Below, in pieces: positions 37,623-47,609 of a DNA stretch of 64,000 bases. The stretch is from an uncultured Phycisphaeraceae bacterium. GTDB taxonomy: Bacteria > Planctomycetota > Phycisphaerae > Phycisphaerales > UBA1924. Within the stretch, counting starts at the first letter, position 1; each line of letters begins with the position of its first letter. A program made the translations under genes and the position numbers. The DNA lies in contig CAZEDW010000014.1 in NCBI GenBank assembly GCA_964510955.1, positions 10,192 through 74,191 on the forward strand, read 5' to 3'. The notes beneath the pieces are model-generated. The model was not told where the DNA came from and ran no database searches. It saw only the letters and a list, made by a program, of their open reading frames with translations.

Positions 37623-38077
37623 TAACAACCGCGTCCCCATGGCTTCGAAGGGTTGCACGACGGCTCACGCTGGTATTGCTGGTGCTGAATGGTTCTGCGG
37701 CTTTTGTGTTTTTGGTAGAGGTATTGGGTTTCACCAATTCCGACTTGACCCATGCCGTGCTCAGAAGATGCTTCCCCCTGCCGTTTCTCGGCGCGGTTTC
37801 AGCGCTGCTGCCTCTCCTCGATATTGACCGTGTCAGCTCCGTTCGCGTGGCAGCTATCGCTTCTGGCGTGATTTGCACCGCTTTGTCTGGCGTTGGCGGT
37901 TTGGGTAACACGATGTCAATCGACGACTACGGCGGCCGCGTGGCTGGCTGGGTGCGTGTTACTCTCTGTGCGTTGGCGTTTTTGACGGGGCTTTTTGTCG
38001 TTGCAATCTCGTTGGTTCTTCGGCCAGACCCACGACGCCGTCGTCTGAATTCTCTGGACGATACAAGCCACAGGTAA
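37619..38077 (+). CDS. hypothetical 4-TM membrane protein (lower-GC insert between livG and livF)
   Basis: 152-aa ORF with four hydrophobic segments. GTG start overlaps the livG stop. The sequence is visibly more A/T-rich than its neighbours. Confidence 0.45.
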   Translation: MITTASPWLRRVARRLTLVLLVLNGSAAFVFLVEVLGFTNSDLTHAVLRRCFPLPFLGAVSALLPLLDIDRVSSVRVAAIASGVICTALSGVGGLGNTMSIDDYGGRVAGWVRVTLCALAFLTGLFVVAISLVLRPDPRRRRLNSLDDTSHR

Positions 38078-38092
38078 CATGCTCCGTCAAAT

Positions 38093-38812
38093 ATGGCGCT
38101 CCTCGAAGTCAACAACCTCATCGTCCGCTACGGCGCCATCGAAGCGCTGCACGGCATCAGCCTGGCCGTCGAGCAGGGCCAGATCGTCACGCTCATCGGC
38201 TGCAACGGCGCCGGAAAGTCCACCACGCTCCGGGCCATCTCCGGGCTCATCAGGCCCGCCAGGGGCGAGATCAGGTTCGACGGACGCACCATCACCGGCC
38301 TCGCCCCGCACCTGATCGTCCGCGCGGGCATCGCTCACTCGCCCGAGGGGCGAGGCGTGTTCCCCAACATGACCGTCGATGAGAACCTCTCGCTCGGCGC
38401 CTTCGCCCGCCCGCGCTCCGAGGCCGCCCAGATCAAGCAGGATCGCGAAAAATCGCTCGACCTGTTCCCGCGCCTGCGGGAGCGGCTGACCCAGTTCGCC
38501 GGCACGCTGTCCGGCGGCGAGCAGCAGATGCTCGCCATGGCCCGCGCCCTGCTCGCCCGCCCGCGACTCTTGCTGCTGGATGAGCCGAGCCTGGGCCTGG
38601 CCCCGCAGGTGGTCCAGACGATCTTCCAGATCATCCGCGACATCAACGCCGCCGGCACCACGATCCTGCTGGTCGAGCAAAACGCCCACATGGCCCTGAA
38701 GGTCGCCCACCACGGCTACGTGCTGGAGGTTGGCAAGATCGCGATGAGCGATTCGGCACGCGTGCTGGAAGCTTCGGACGAGGTGCGGAAGGCGTATCTG
38801 GGGGTGGGCTGA
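38093..38812 (+). CDS. livF: branched-chain amino acid ABC transporter ATP-binding protein
   Basis: 239 aa. Walker A GCNGAGKST, signature LSGGEQQMLAMA, Walker B LLLDEPSLGLAP. Confidence 0.9.
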   Translation: MALLEVNNLIVRYGAIEALHGISLAVEQGQIVTLIGCNGAGKSTTLRAISGLIRPARGEIRFDGRTITGLAPHLIVRAGIAHSPEGRGVFPNMTVDENLSLGAFARPRSEAAQIKQDREKSLDLFPRLRERLTQFAGTLSGGEQQMLAMARALLARPRLLLLDEPSLGLAPQVVQTIFQIIRDINAAGTTILLVEQNAHMALKVAHHGYVLEVGKIAMSDSARVLEASDEVRKAYLGVG

Positions 38813-38886
38813 GGCAGGGCGTCAACGCGAATGCGCGGCAAACTGAAGGGTCGGTCCCGCCGGCCCGCGCGGGGTATTCTGACAGC

Positions 38887-41010
38887 GTGCCCGCCGCCGC
38901 CGACCAGACCCTGAAGCTCACGACGCCGATCGAGGCGCTCTCGGGCGTTTCGCCCAAGCTCGCGCCGGCCCTGCGGGCGCTGGGCATCAAGGCGTTGGCG
39001 CACCTGCTGAACCACCTGCCGCACCGTCACGAGCAGCTCGAGGCCGAGACGGAGGTGGCGGAGCTTGTGCCCGGCAGGATCATTTCGACGCGCGGCGAAG
39101 TCACCGCCACGCGCGTCGTCGCCCGGGGCGCCCGCCCCCGCTTCGAGGCGGTGCTGCTGGACCACACCGGCAGGCTGGACCTGGTGTGGTTCAACCAGAC
39201 GTTTCTGCACAACACCATCCACCCGGGCACGCGCTTGCGGGTGCAGGGCAAGCTGACGCGGCGCAACGCGTCGCTGCAACTGGTGAACCCCAAGACCGAG
39301 GTCCTCAAGGACTGGCGCCCCGAGCCGGGGCAGCAGGGCGCTCGGATCCGCCCGGTGTATCCCGCGAGCGAGGAGGCGCCGTCGGCGATCATCGAGAAGC
39401 TCGTGCAGGCCCATCTTGACGCCGGCACGGCCCTGATCGAAGACCACCTGACCGAAGCCTTCTGCGCCGCCCGCTCGCTGCCGCGCCTCGCCGATGCCTA
39501 CCGGGCGATGCACCGGCCCGAGTCGATGGAAGCGGCGAGCGCGGCGCGCCGGCGTCTGGCGTACGACGAGCTGCTGCTGCTGCAACTGGGCGTGTGCATG
39601 CGGCGCGAGTACCTGCGCCGCCGGCGCTCGGCCCCGGCCCTGAAGTGGAACCAGCAGATTGACAGGCACATCCGCGCGCGGTTGCCCTTCACGCTCACGC
39701 CGTGGCAGGAGACCGTCATCAAGGAGGTCGCCGGCGACCTGACCCGGGCCTCGCCGGCGAACCGGCTGATCCAGGGCGACGTGGGGAGCGGCAAGACGGC
39801 GGTTGCCCTCTACGCGATGCTGCTGGCGGTGGCGACCAAGCACCAGGCGGCGCTGATGGCCCCCACGGAACTGCTCGCCGAGCAGCACTTCGCGTCGATC
39901 TCCAGGACGCTGTCGGGGTCGGACGTGCGCGTCGAGCTGTTGACGGGGTCGCTCGGCGCCGGCGAGCGTCGGGCGGCGCTGGCGCGGGTCGAGAAGGGCG
40001 ACGCCCATCTCGTGATCGGCACGCACGCGCTGATCTCCGGCGGGGTACGGTTCAAATCGCTCGCCGTCGCGGTGATCGACGAGCAGCACCGGTTCGGGGT
40101 GCACCAGCGGGCGGCGCTGCGTGAGAAGGCCGACGGGGCCGCATCGCCGCACACGCTGGTGATGACCGCGACGCCCATCCCGCGTACGCTCAGCCTGACC
40201 ATCTTCGGCGACCTGGATGTGAGCACGCTCGAGGGCCTTCCGCCGGGCAGGAAGCCGGTCAAGACGCGGCTGGTGGCCCCCGACAAGTCCGCCGATGTCT
40301 ACGGGTTTGTCCGCAAGAAGCTGCAGGCGGGCGAGCAGGCTTTCGTGGTGGTGCCGGCGGTAGGCGGCGACGCCGAGGACCAGGGCGAGGACGCCGCCCG
40401 GCGCGTGGCCGACGTTCACACCACGCTCGCGCGCCTCTCCGAGGGCCCCCTGAAGGGCCTGCGGCTGGCGGCGATTCACGGCCAGCTCCCCCGCGCCGAG
40501 CGCGAGCGGATCATGGAGCGGTTCCGCGCGGGCGAGATCGACGCGCTGGTGGCCACCACGGTGATCGAAGTGGGCGTCGACGTGCCGAACGCCACGGTGA
40601 TGGTGATCGAGCAGGCCGAGCGGTTCGGGCTGGCGCAGCTCCACCAGCTCCGCGGGCGCGTCGGGCGTGGTACGCGCGGCGGGGTGTGCGCGCTGATCGC
40701 CGACGAGTCCGGGCCGCAGGCCGAGACGCGGCTCAAGGCCGTCGCCGGCACCACCGACGGTTTCCGCCTGGCCGAGGTGGACTTCTCGCTGCGCGGGCCG
40801 GGCGACATCTTCGGCGGGCGCCAGTCGGGCATCGCCCCGTTCCGGGTGGCCGAGTTCCCGCGAGACAGCGACCTGCTGCTGATGGCCCGGCGCGACGCCG
40901 GCGCGTGGATCGCCGGTTCGCCCGAGCTGGGTCTGCCGCAGGAGCGGCTGGTGCGCTCGCGGCTGATGAAGGCGTACGGCAAGAGTCTGGGGCTGGGCGA
41001 CGTGGCGTGA
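38887..41010 (+). CDS. recG: ATP-dependent DNA helicase RecG
   Basis: 707 aa. Wedge/OB N-terminus, LPFTLTPWQ, GDVGSGKTAVA (motif I), DEQHRFGV (motif II), and TATPIPRTL. Confidence 0.92.
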   Translation: MPAAADQTLKLTTPIEALSGVSPKLAPALRALGIKALAHLLNHLPHRHEQLEAETEVAELVPGRIISTRGEVTATRVVARGARPRFEAVLLDHTGRLDLVWFNQTFLHNTIHPGTRLRVQGKLTRRNASLQLVNPKTEVLKDWRPEPGQQGARIRPVYPASEEAPSAIIEKLVQAHLDAGTALIEDHLTEAFCAARSLPRLADAYRAMHRPESMEAASAARRRLAYDELLLLQLGVCMRREYLRRRRSAPALKWNQQIDRHIRARLPFTLTPWQETVIKEVAGDLTRASPANRLIQGDVGSGKTAVALYAMLLAVATKHQAALMAPTELLAEQHFASISRTLSGSDVRVELLTGSLGAGERRAALARVEKGDAHLVIGTHALISGGVRFKSLAVAVIDEQHRFGVHQRAALREKADGAASPHTLVMTATPIPRTLSLTIFGDLDVSTLEGLPPGRKPVKTRLVAPDKSADVYGFVRKKLQAGEQAFVVVPAVGGDAEDQGEDAARRVADVHTTLARLSEGPLKGLRLAAIHGQLPRAERERIMERFRAGEIDALVATTVIEVGVDVPNATVMVIEQAERFGLAQLHQLRGRVGRGTRGGVCALIADESGPQAETRLKAVAGTTDGFRLAEVDFSLRGPGDIFGGRQSGIAPFRVAEFPRDSDLLLMARRDAGAWIAGSPELGLPQERLVRSRLMKAYGKSLGLGDVA

Positions 41011-41052
41011 CCGATGGGCGGCGGGCCGGCGCACCTCAGTATCATCCGGCCC

Positions 41053-42483
41053 ATGAGTTCGACGCAGACGACCAGCGCCCCGTTGATGCTCTCGGTGAGC
41101 GGCTGCCGCGGCATCGTGGGAGCATCACTCACGCCCGAGACCATCGCGCGGTTCGTCGCCGCCGCGGTCACCTGGACACGATCCGCCGCCGGCGCCGAGC
41201 GGCCGGTGTTTGTCCTGGCGCGTGACGGGCGGGCGGGGGGCGAGTGCGTGGCGCGGCTGGCGTCGGGGGCCCTGGCCCTGGCGGGCTGCCGGGTGATCGA
41301 CCTGGGCGTGGCTACCACGCCGACCGCCGGCGTGATGGTGCTGCACCACAAGGCCCACGCGGGGCTCGTGGCCACCGCGAGTCACAACCCGGCGCAGTGG
41401 AACGGACTGAAGGTCGTGACGAACAAGGGCGGGGCGCCCGGCCCGCGCGACGCCGCGGACATCGTCGCCCGCTTCAACGCCGGCGAGCACCCCTGGCAGC
41501 CGCACGACCGACTGGGCACCGTTGAGCGCGATGGCTCGGCGGCCTTGGTGCACGTCCAGCGGGTCCTGGACGCCACGGCCGAGCTGTACCCCTTGAACAA
41601 CGTCCGCAGACGCGGCTTCCGCGTGGTGCTGGACTCTGTGAACGCCTCGGGCGCGCTCGCCGGGCGGATGCTGCTGGAGGCCCTGGGTTGCCGGCTGTTT
41701 CACGTAAACGCCGAGACGACGGGCGTGTTCCCCCACCCGCCCGAGCCGACGCGGGAGAACCTCGCTTCCTTGGGCGAGCAGGTGCGCCACCACCAGGCCG
41801 ACGTGGGCTTTGCCCAGGACCCCGACGCGGACCGGCTGGCGATGCTCGACGAACGCGGCGAGTACATCGGCGAGGAGTACACGCTCGCCCTGGGGGTGAA
41901 GAGCTGGCTGGCGATGCTGCCCGCGGCGCAGGCCAAAGCCGCGAGCGTGGCCGCGAACCTCTCCACCAGCCGCATGATCGACGACGTGGCCGGCGCGTTC
42001 GGCGCCCGGGTCGTGCGCACGGCGGTCGGCGAGGCCAACGTCGTCGAGGGCATGGTCAGGAACTCCTGCGCCCTGGGCGGTGAGGGCAACGGCGGTGTCA
42101 TCTGGCCCGAGGTCGTCCCCATCCGCGATTCGCTGGGCGCGATGGCGCTCACGCTGGCGCTGCTGACGCGCCAGGGCCAGGCGCTCAGCGACGCCGCCCG
42201 CGCGATCCCGGCGTACGCCATCGTGAAGCGCAAGATCGATGTCCGCGAGGGGCTGGCCGCCAGGGCCGTGAGCGCCGTGAAAGCCGCCTTTGCGGCGCGC
42301 GGCGCGAAGCTCAACGACGCCGACGGAGTGCGTGCCGATTTCACCTGCGCGTCCGGGGCGGCGTGGGTGCATGTGCGCGCCAGCAACACCGAGCCGATCA
42401 TCCGCCTCATCGCCGAGGCGCCGGACGCGGGCGACGCCCACAGGGCCCTGGACGACGTCCAGAGGCTCGTGGACGGCGCATGA
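41053..42483 (+). CDS. phosphohexomutase (phosphoglucosamine/phosphomannomutase family)
   Basis: Track ORF is 41014..42483; the ATG at 41053 is preferred. Contains VATASHNPAQWNGLKV (phosphoserine loop), FAQDPDADRL (Mg site) and GGEGNGG. Confidence 0.85.
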   Translation: MSSTQTTSAPLMLSVSGCRGIVGASLTPETIARFVAAAVTWTRSAAGAERPVFVLARDGRAGGECVARLASGALALAGCRVIDLGVATTPTAGVMVLHHKAHAGLVATASHNPAQWNGLKVVTNKGGAPGPRDAADIVARFNAGEHPWQPHDRLGTVERDGSAALVHVQRVLDATAELYPLNNVRRRGFRVVLDSVNASGALAGRMLLEALGCRLFHVNAETTGVFPHPPEPTRENLASLGEQVRHHQADVGFAQDPDADRLAMLDERGEYIGEEYTLALGVKSWLAMLPAAQAKAASVAANLSTSRMIDDVAGAFGARVVRTAVGEANVVEGMVRNSCALGGEGNGGVIWPEVVPIRDSLGAMALTLALLTRQGQALSDAARAIPAYAIVKRKIDVREGLAARAVSAVKAAFAARGAKLNDADGVRADFTCASGAAWVHVRASNTEPIIRLIAEAPDAGDAHRALDDVQRLVDGA

Positions 42484-42827
42484 GCAACGCGATGGCTCTA
42501 CGGGTCCAACACGAGTCCGTCCCCGCTTGGGGTCCAGGGGGCAAGCCCGCGCCGGCGGCGGTCCGCATCGCGGTGAAGGCGGTGCCGGGCGCCAAGCGAG
42601 ACGAGATCGTCGGTGTCTTGGGCGACCGGCTGAAAGTGCGGGTCACGGCGCCGCCCGAGGGCGGCAGAGCAAACAAGGCCATCTGCGCGCTGCTCGCCGA
42701 GGCTCTGGGGTGCCCCGTGCGCTGCGTCGAGATCGTTTCGGGGCAAGGCTCGCCGGAAAAAACGGTGCGCCTCCTGGGCGTGACTGCGGAGCAGGCCGCC
42801 CGGCTCGGAGAGGGCAAACCGGACTGA
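42480..42827 (+). CDS. DUF167 (YggU-like) protein
   Basis: ATG at 42480 overlaps the upstream stop. VKAVPGAKRDEIVGVLGDRLKVRVTAPPEGGRANKAICALLAEAL is typical of the YggU family. Confidence 0.75.
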   Translation: MSNAMALRVQHESVPAWGPGGKPAPAAVRIAVKAVPGAKRDEIVGVLGDRLKVRVTAPPEGGRANKAICALLAEALGCPVRCVEIVSGQGSPEKTVRLLGVTAEQAARLGEGKPD

Positions 42828-42854
42828 GAGCGGCGGGCGTGCCGGGATGGTGCT

Positions 42855-44045
42855 TCAGGGAGTGGGCAACTTTTTCAGCGCGTCGAGCGCGGACTTCAGC
42901 CGATCCACGCCGCCGGCCGCGGGCAGTTCGATCACCGACGTCACCAGCCCCGTCGCGTCAACCACCACGGCGCAGGCGGCCTTGCCGGGCGCGAACCGCT
43001 CGATCGTGCTCCTGGCGGAATAAGAGACCCCGGCGGCGCCCGCGTCCACGCGCCCCAGCACTTGGGTGAGCGATGAACGCTGCTTCGCGTCGCCCAGAGG
43101 CGCCACGCCGACCACGCGGAACCACACCGGCGCGGCGCCGGGCCGGGCGGGCGGCACCATGGCGCGGCAGGCCTTCACGCTCGCCTCGACCTCGGGCGCG
43201 GCGTCGCGCATCAACACCAGGACGCCCGCCATGCCGGCCGGAATAAAGGCGGTCTTCGCGGGCTTCTCGGCGCGTTGCAGCGGCTCGATAATCAGTTCGG
43301 GTAGGGCGAGCCCGGGGCGAACGTCTCCCGCCGTCGCTGTCAGCTCGGTGAGCGATGCCACGCGTGTCCGGGCGCGAAGATCGGCGTCAATCCTTCCCAC
43401 CGGTTCATCCAGGCGCGTGATGTCGGCCCGGAGTGTTGTGTTGATGCCGTCGTGCTGGGTCCGCGACTCCACCGCGACCAGCGCCGGCGGGTCGCCCACG
43501 CCGATCACCCCAGCGCTGCACGCCTCGCCGCCCGCGACCAGTTCCACGCCCGGGCGCCCGGCGTGCTGGCCGGCCAGGGCGCGGGTCCAGTGCAGCGGCG
43601 AACACAACGGGGAGACGCCCCACGCGTCCGCCGCGGTCGTGACCGGCTGGAGCGCCAGGCCGATCTGGGGGACCGGCAACGGGGGCAGGAGTTTCGTAAG
43701 CGCCGCCGCGCGGTCGGGACCCTCGAGCGAGCCCTCGAAGTAGACCCCAGCGTTCAGCCGGTTGACGGCGAGAAGCCGGGGGCCGTCGGTCCACAGCGTC
43801 AGCTCGCCGAGCTCGAGCCGCAGCTCGCCCTTGATCGAACCGCGGATGATAACGGTCTCACGCTTGCGCTCCGAGGGAGTAACGACGTACACCTCCATCG
43901 ACTCGACGAACGGCCGCTTGAAATACGCCTTGCGGAACTGCGTGACCGCGTGGGCGGGGTCGAGCGGCGCGGGTGGATCGGCGCGTTGACCCAGGCTCAC
44001 GGCGGCCAGGCAGGCGATCGCGGCGGCGCACAGTCGGCGAGGCAT
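42855..44045 (-). CDS. hypothetical secreted protein
   Basis: The track ORF extends to 44096; the ATG at 44045 (MPRRLCAAAIACLAAVSLG) is preferred. No confident family assignment by eye. Confidence 0.5.
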   Translation of the reverse strand: MPRRLCAAAIACLAAVSLGQRADPPAPLDPAHAVTQFRKAYFKRPFVESMEVYVVTPSERKRETVIIRGSIKGELRLELGELTLWTDGPRLLAVNRLNAGVYFEGSLEGPDRAAALTKLLPPLPVPQIGLALQPVTTAADAWGVSPLCSPLHWTRALAGQHAGRPGVELVAGGEACSAGVIGVGDPPALVAVESRTQHDGINTTLRADITRLDEPVGRIDADLRARTRVASLTELTATAGDVRPGLALPELIIEPLQRAEKPAKTAFIPAGMAGVLVLMRDAAPEVEASVKACRAMVPPARPGAAPVWFRVVGVAPLGDAKQRSSLTQVLGRVDAGAAGVSYSARSTIERFAPGKAACAVVVDATGLVTSVIELPAAGGVDRLKSALDALKKLPTP

Positions 44046-44112
44046 GACAGAGGGTACGCGCCAGCGCGCCACCGGTTCCAAAGATCGCTCGAGCACCGCC
44101 GATACCGTCGCC

Positions 44113-45582
44113 TCAGCCCTGGCACGCCGTCCCGAATGCCGCCAGCAGCACCACCAGGTCGCTGGTGTTCACGAGACCGTCGCCGTTGAGGTCGCCGGAC
44201 GAGCCGGGCACGACGGCGTGCCCGAACACTCCAAGCAGCGTGACGAGATCGGCCGTGTCCACCCGCCGGTCGGCATTCAGATCTCCCACCACCGGAAGCG
44301 GCACGCCGGCGATGATGTAGACTCGGTTCCCGCTCGCCGCCGAAACCAGCAGATCGGGCGCGCAGTCGCCGTTGGTGTCGCCCAGGCCCACGGCGTCGAA
44401 CCCCAGCGCTTCCCCGGGCGTCGTGCTCACGATGCTTCGGAGCAGCTGCCCTGATACCACGGAGTAGACATCCACGCGCCCTGCGCCGGCGGCGCCGTCG
44501 CTGCTGGTATACAGACCCGTGACGATGTCGGGCTTCCCGTCGGCGTTCACGTCGCCGGCGCCGCGGCCGGGGCCCATGCCCGAGCCCAGCGGCCCGGTGA
44601 ACCGCCGGATGAGCGAGCCGTCGGCCCCGGACCACACGTACGCGCTGCCGGAGCCGGCGGCCCCCGCGGCGGAATCGTTGAAGTCACCCGCGTACAGGTC
44701 GCTGAAGCCGTCACCGTTCACGTCGCCGGGCGTGCCGACGAAGAACCAGCCGAGGTCGGTGCCGGTCGCGGGGTCAGGATCAAGGAACGGCAACAGGCGA
44801 GACCCGTCGCGCCCTGAGAGCACATACGCCCGCCCCCGCGCGCCGGGGCCCGAGTCGCGGGCGCCCACGATCACGTCGCCCACGCCGTCGTGGTTGATGT
44901 CGCCGGCGGGGCCCAGCCCCGTGCCGAAGCGGCCCCCGGCGGCGTCGGCGTTGACCCGCCAGAGCTGGTGCCCGTCTGCCCCGGAGAACATCGCCACATA
45001 CCCGGTGCCAGCGCCGGTGGTCGGCGCGCTGACGGCCACATCGGCGTGCCCATCGGCGTCAACGTCGCCGGGGCCGGCCACCGCGAAGCCGAACAGCTCG
45101 ACGGGCAGCCCGCTGAGCGTGAGCAGAAGCTGGCCGGTTCGCCCGGAGTAGACGTAGGCGTGCCCCGCGACGGCGCTCCCGCCGCGGGCGCCGACGATGA
45201 TGTCGTGCGTGCCGTCGGCATCCACGTCGCCCGCGTCGGCGATCGACTGCCCGAACACCGCGCCCGGGCCGGCGCCGGTCCAGGAATAGATCAGCGCCCC
45301 GGTGCGCCCGGAGTAGAGGTAGGCCTTGCCCGAACTTGCCCCCGCGGCGTTGTGCCCGGGGCATCCGACGATCGCGTCGTTCACCCCGTCGGCGTCGATA
45401 TCTCGCAGTTCGCTCACGGCCCAGCCGAAGTTCGAGCCGGCGGGCGCCGTCGGGTCGCTTATCGACTGAAGGACAACGACTCCGGGGTCTGTGAAGCCCG
45501 GGCGCGCCGGGGTGGTGGGGGTGATCAGCGCCAGGGCCGCGGTCGGGATCAGGGCGTGGCGCACGGACAGGTACTGGGCCAT
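44113..45582 (-). CDS. FG-GAP/VCBS repeat secreted protein with C-terminal double dockerin-like module
   Basis: 489 aa. Repeated FG..V...GD.D.DG..D motifs (for example FGWAVSELRDIDADGVNDAIVG). C-terminal GDLNADRRVDTADLVTLLGVFG...GDLNGDGLVNTSDLVVLLAAFGTACQG. Confidence 0.85.
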   Translation of the reverse strand: MAQYLSVRHALIPTAALALITPTTPARPGFTDPGVVVLQSISDPTAPAGSNFGWAVSELRDIDADGVNDAIVGCPGHNAAGASSGKAYLYSGRTGALIYSWTGAGPGAVFGQSIADAGDVDADGTHDIIVGARGGSAVAGHAYVYSGRTGQLLLTLSGLPVELFGFAVAGPGDVDADGHADVAVSAPTTGAGTGYVAMFSGADGHQLWRVNADAAGGRFGTGLGPAGDINHDGVGDVIVGARDSGPGARGRAYVLSGRDGSRLLPFLDPDPATGTDLGWFFVGTPGDVNGDGFSDLYAGDFNDSAAGAAGSGSAYVWSGADGSLIRRFTGPLGSGMGPGRGAGDVNADGKPDIVTGLYTSSDGAAGAGRVDVYSVVSGQLLRSIVSTTPGEALGFDAVGLGDTNGDCAPDLLVSAASGNRVYIIAGVPLPVVGDLNADRRVDTADLVTLLGVFGHAVVPGSSGDLNGDGLVNTSDLVVLLAAFGTACQG

Positions 45583-45644
45583 CGTGGTTCTCCGGTGTGG
45601 GGCCCAGGGAATGGGCCGCCCGCGAAGAACCTACGCACCGGCGC

Positions 45645-46784
45645 TCAGCCCGCTTTCAGAATCGTGCTCATCGTTCGACGGTCATCTCGCGCCGCCTTGC
45701 CGGCGCGAACCGTCGAGGGTGGACAACCGAACGCCCTGGCGAACACAGCCGCGAAGTGCGCGTGGCTGGAAAAGCCCAGCTCATGGGCCAGGTCCGAGAG
45801 CCGGCAGCGGGGGTCTTCCAGCCGCTCCAGCGCCGCCGCCAGCCGCAGCATCAGGATGTACCGGTGCAGCGAAAACCCGGTGTGGGCCCGGAACACCCGC
45901 GCGAGGTGGAAACCGGAAACATGCACCTCCCGCGCGATGCACGCGAGGCTCAGGCGTTCCCGGAATCTCCGGCAGATGAGCGCACGGGCGGCGTCGGCGG
46001 CCTCGGCGTGGGCCCGGCGCGTGGCGGCTCCAATTGTCCGAGAGGCTCCCCGCCTCCGCCCGCTCGCGGCCGAGCGCACCGACAGTGCGACCGCCTCGGC
46101 GACGACCCTCATGGCGCCCACCTCGATCCGGAGCGGGTCGGGGTCGTTGCCCATCGCGACTTGATTGAAGAGTGAGCGCTGACGGACGTACAGCGCCGGT
46201 GTCGACGGCCCGCATGTGAACGGAAACGCCGTGCCTTCCGCGCCTTCATGACCCCCCGCCGGGGTTCCGACCGAATCGCACCGCATTCCATGCTCGCAAT
46301 CCCGGAGCATATCGCGGAGGCTGTCAGAATCAACGCTGAACCACTCGCACTCGTCGCCGCGCTGGTGCAGGAGTTCTCGGGTGTACGCCTGCCCGTCGTT
46401 GTAGAACATGATTCTCCCGGCGTCCGCGAGCGTCGGCACGGCGTCCGTGGTCCGGATCCCGACCGGCACGCGCGGGAACACAACGACCGGACCACCGGTG
46501 ATGCGGTTCTCACGGCGCCAGCAGGGGTGCGAGGGGGGTGCTCGGAACGATCCGATGCGCGTGACTGCCGACGTAAACACATCGCGCGAGGGCGAGTCTC
46601 CCGGAACGCCGCGCCACGGCGCGCGACGCGCCCGGCCAGGGGCCGGTGAGTGTTCGCCCGGGATGGCTGGCGGCGGTGGCACGGGCGTCGCAGGGGAGAA
46701 GGGCGTTTGGTCTCTACGCCGCCGGGAACCATTGGGTTGCGGCGTGAGGTCCGGCCTCGCGCTGCGGGCGATTGCGGGCGACAA
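45645..46784 (-). CDS. AraC-family transcriptional regulator
   Basis: C-terminal HTH_AraC region: IAREVHVSGFHLARVFRAHTGFSLHRYILMLRLAAAL...LAHELGFSSHAHFAAVFARAFGCPPS. The first ~70-75 residues of the track ORF look non-coding, so the true start is probably internal (near 46560, alternative start codon). Confidence 0.75.
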   Translation of the reverse strand: MSPAIARSARPDLTPQPNGSRRRRDQTPFSPATPVPPPPAIPGEHSPAPGRARRAPWRGVPGDSPSRDVFTSAVTRIGSFRAPPSHPCWRRENRITGGPVVVFPRVPVGIRTTDAVPTLADAGRIMFYNDGQAYTRELLHQRGDECEWFSVDSDSLRDMLRDCEHGMRCDSVGTPAGGHEGAEGTAFPFTCGPSTPALYVRQRSLFNQVAMGNDPDPLRIEVGAMRVVAEAVALSVRSAASGRRRGASRTIGAATRRAHAEAADAARALICRRFRERLSLACIAREVHVSGFHLARVFRAHTGFSLHRYILMLRLAAALERLEDPRCRLSDLAHELGFSSHAHFAAVFARAFGCPPSTVRAGKAARDDRRTMSTILKAG

Positions 46785-46812
46785 TATCAGACGAGCGGCC
46801 CGGGCATTTGGG

Positions 46813-47460
46813 TTAGGGCTTGCGTTTGTACGAGAACTCGCACGTCTGGCGCCACGTCTGCCCTTTGTCGCGCGAGACTTCCCACTTCAGCGTAAAGGTG
46901 CCGACCGGTTCGGGCCCCGCCGCGACGGGCGACTGGGTCAGCCGCATGAACTGCTCGCCGGTCTCCTGGCTCATGAAGGAAGTCCCGCAGCGGACATTGG
47001 TGAGCGGCAGCGCGCCGTCCTGGGGCGTGCCCTCGAACACGTCCGCGAGCGTGGTCACGTCGTCAAAGAACACCAGCCGGTAGGTCCCCCTGAAGCGGTC
47101 GAACGAGCGGACCCCCTCCATGGTGGTGACCGTCTTGCCGAAGGGCACGCTGATCTTCTCCCGCACGAACGTGGCGTTGAGCATCGGCTCGATGACCGAT
47201 TCGGTGGTCTGCGTCCACGGCGGCGCCTTGTATTCCGGCGGCGGGAACCACTTCACCGTGACGTCCCACGTGCCGGCCATCCACGCGAGCTCTTTGACCT
47301 GCTGCAACGGCCCGGTCCCACACTCGGGCCACTTTGGTTTGGCGGCGACCGGTGCTGGCGCGGACTTTGCATCGGGCTGCGGCCCCTGGGCCGCGAGCAC
47401 GCCCACCACGACCGCGCTCAGGCAGATCGCTGCGAACAGGGCCGGCGTTCGATGTCGCAT
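46813..47460 (-). CDS. hypothetical secreted protein (DUF1579-like)
   Basis: 215 aa. Signal MRHRTPALFAAICLSAVVVGVLAAQG. LAWMAGTWDVTVKWF is a motif reminiscent of DUF1579 lipocalin-like proteins. Confidence 0.5.
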   Translation of the reverse strand: MRHRTPALFAAICLSAVVVGVLAAQGPQPDAKSAPAPVAAKPKWPECGTGPLQQVKELAWMAGTWDVTVKWFPPPEYKAPPWTQTTESVIEPMLNATFVREKISVPFGKTVTTMEGVRSFDRFRGTYRLVFFDDVTTLADVFEGTPQDGALPLTNVRCGTSFMSQETGEQFMRLTQSPVAAGPEPVGTFTLKWEVSRDKGQTWRQTCEFSYKRKP

Positions 47461-47609
47461 GGCTTGACCTCCAGATCTGCTCGGCGTCGGGCCGAGCGAG
47501 GGCGAACGGTCTTACCGGAGACATCGATTGGCGTTGCGGCGTCGCGCAGGGCCCAATCACCGTTGCCGACTTGGGTGTGGTGGTGCCCGGCGAAGTTCCG
47601 TTCCGAGAG

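Noticed and set aside
38716-41034. 772-aa minus-strand ORF
   Set aside because: It is antisense to recG, which has unmistakable helicase motifs. The translation is Arg/Pro/Gly-rich with no motifs.
41125-42441. 438-aa minus-strand ORF
   Set aside because: It is antisense to the phosphohexomutase gene and has low-complexity Arg/Gly-rich translation.
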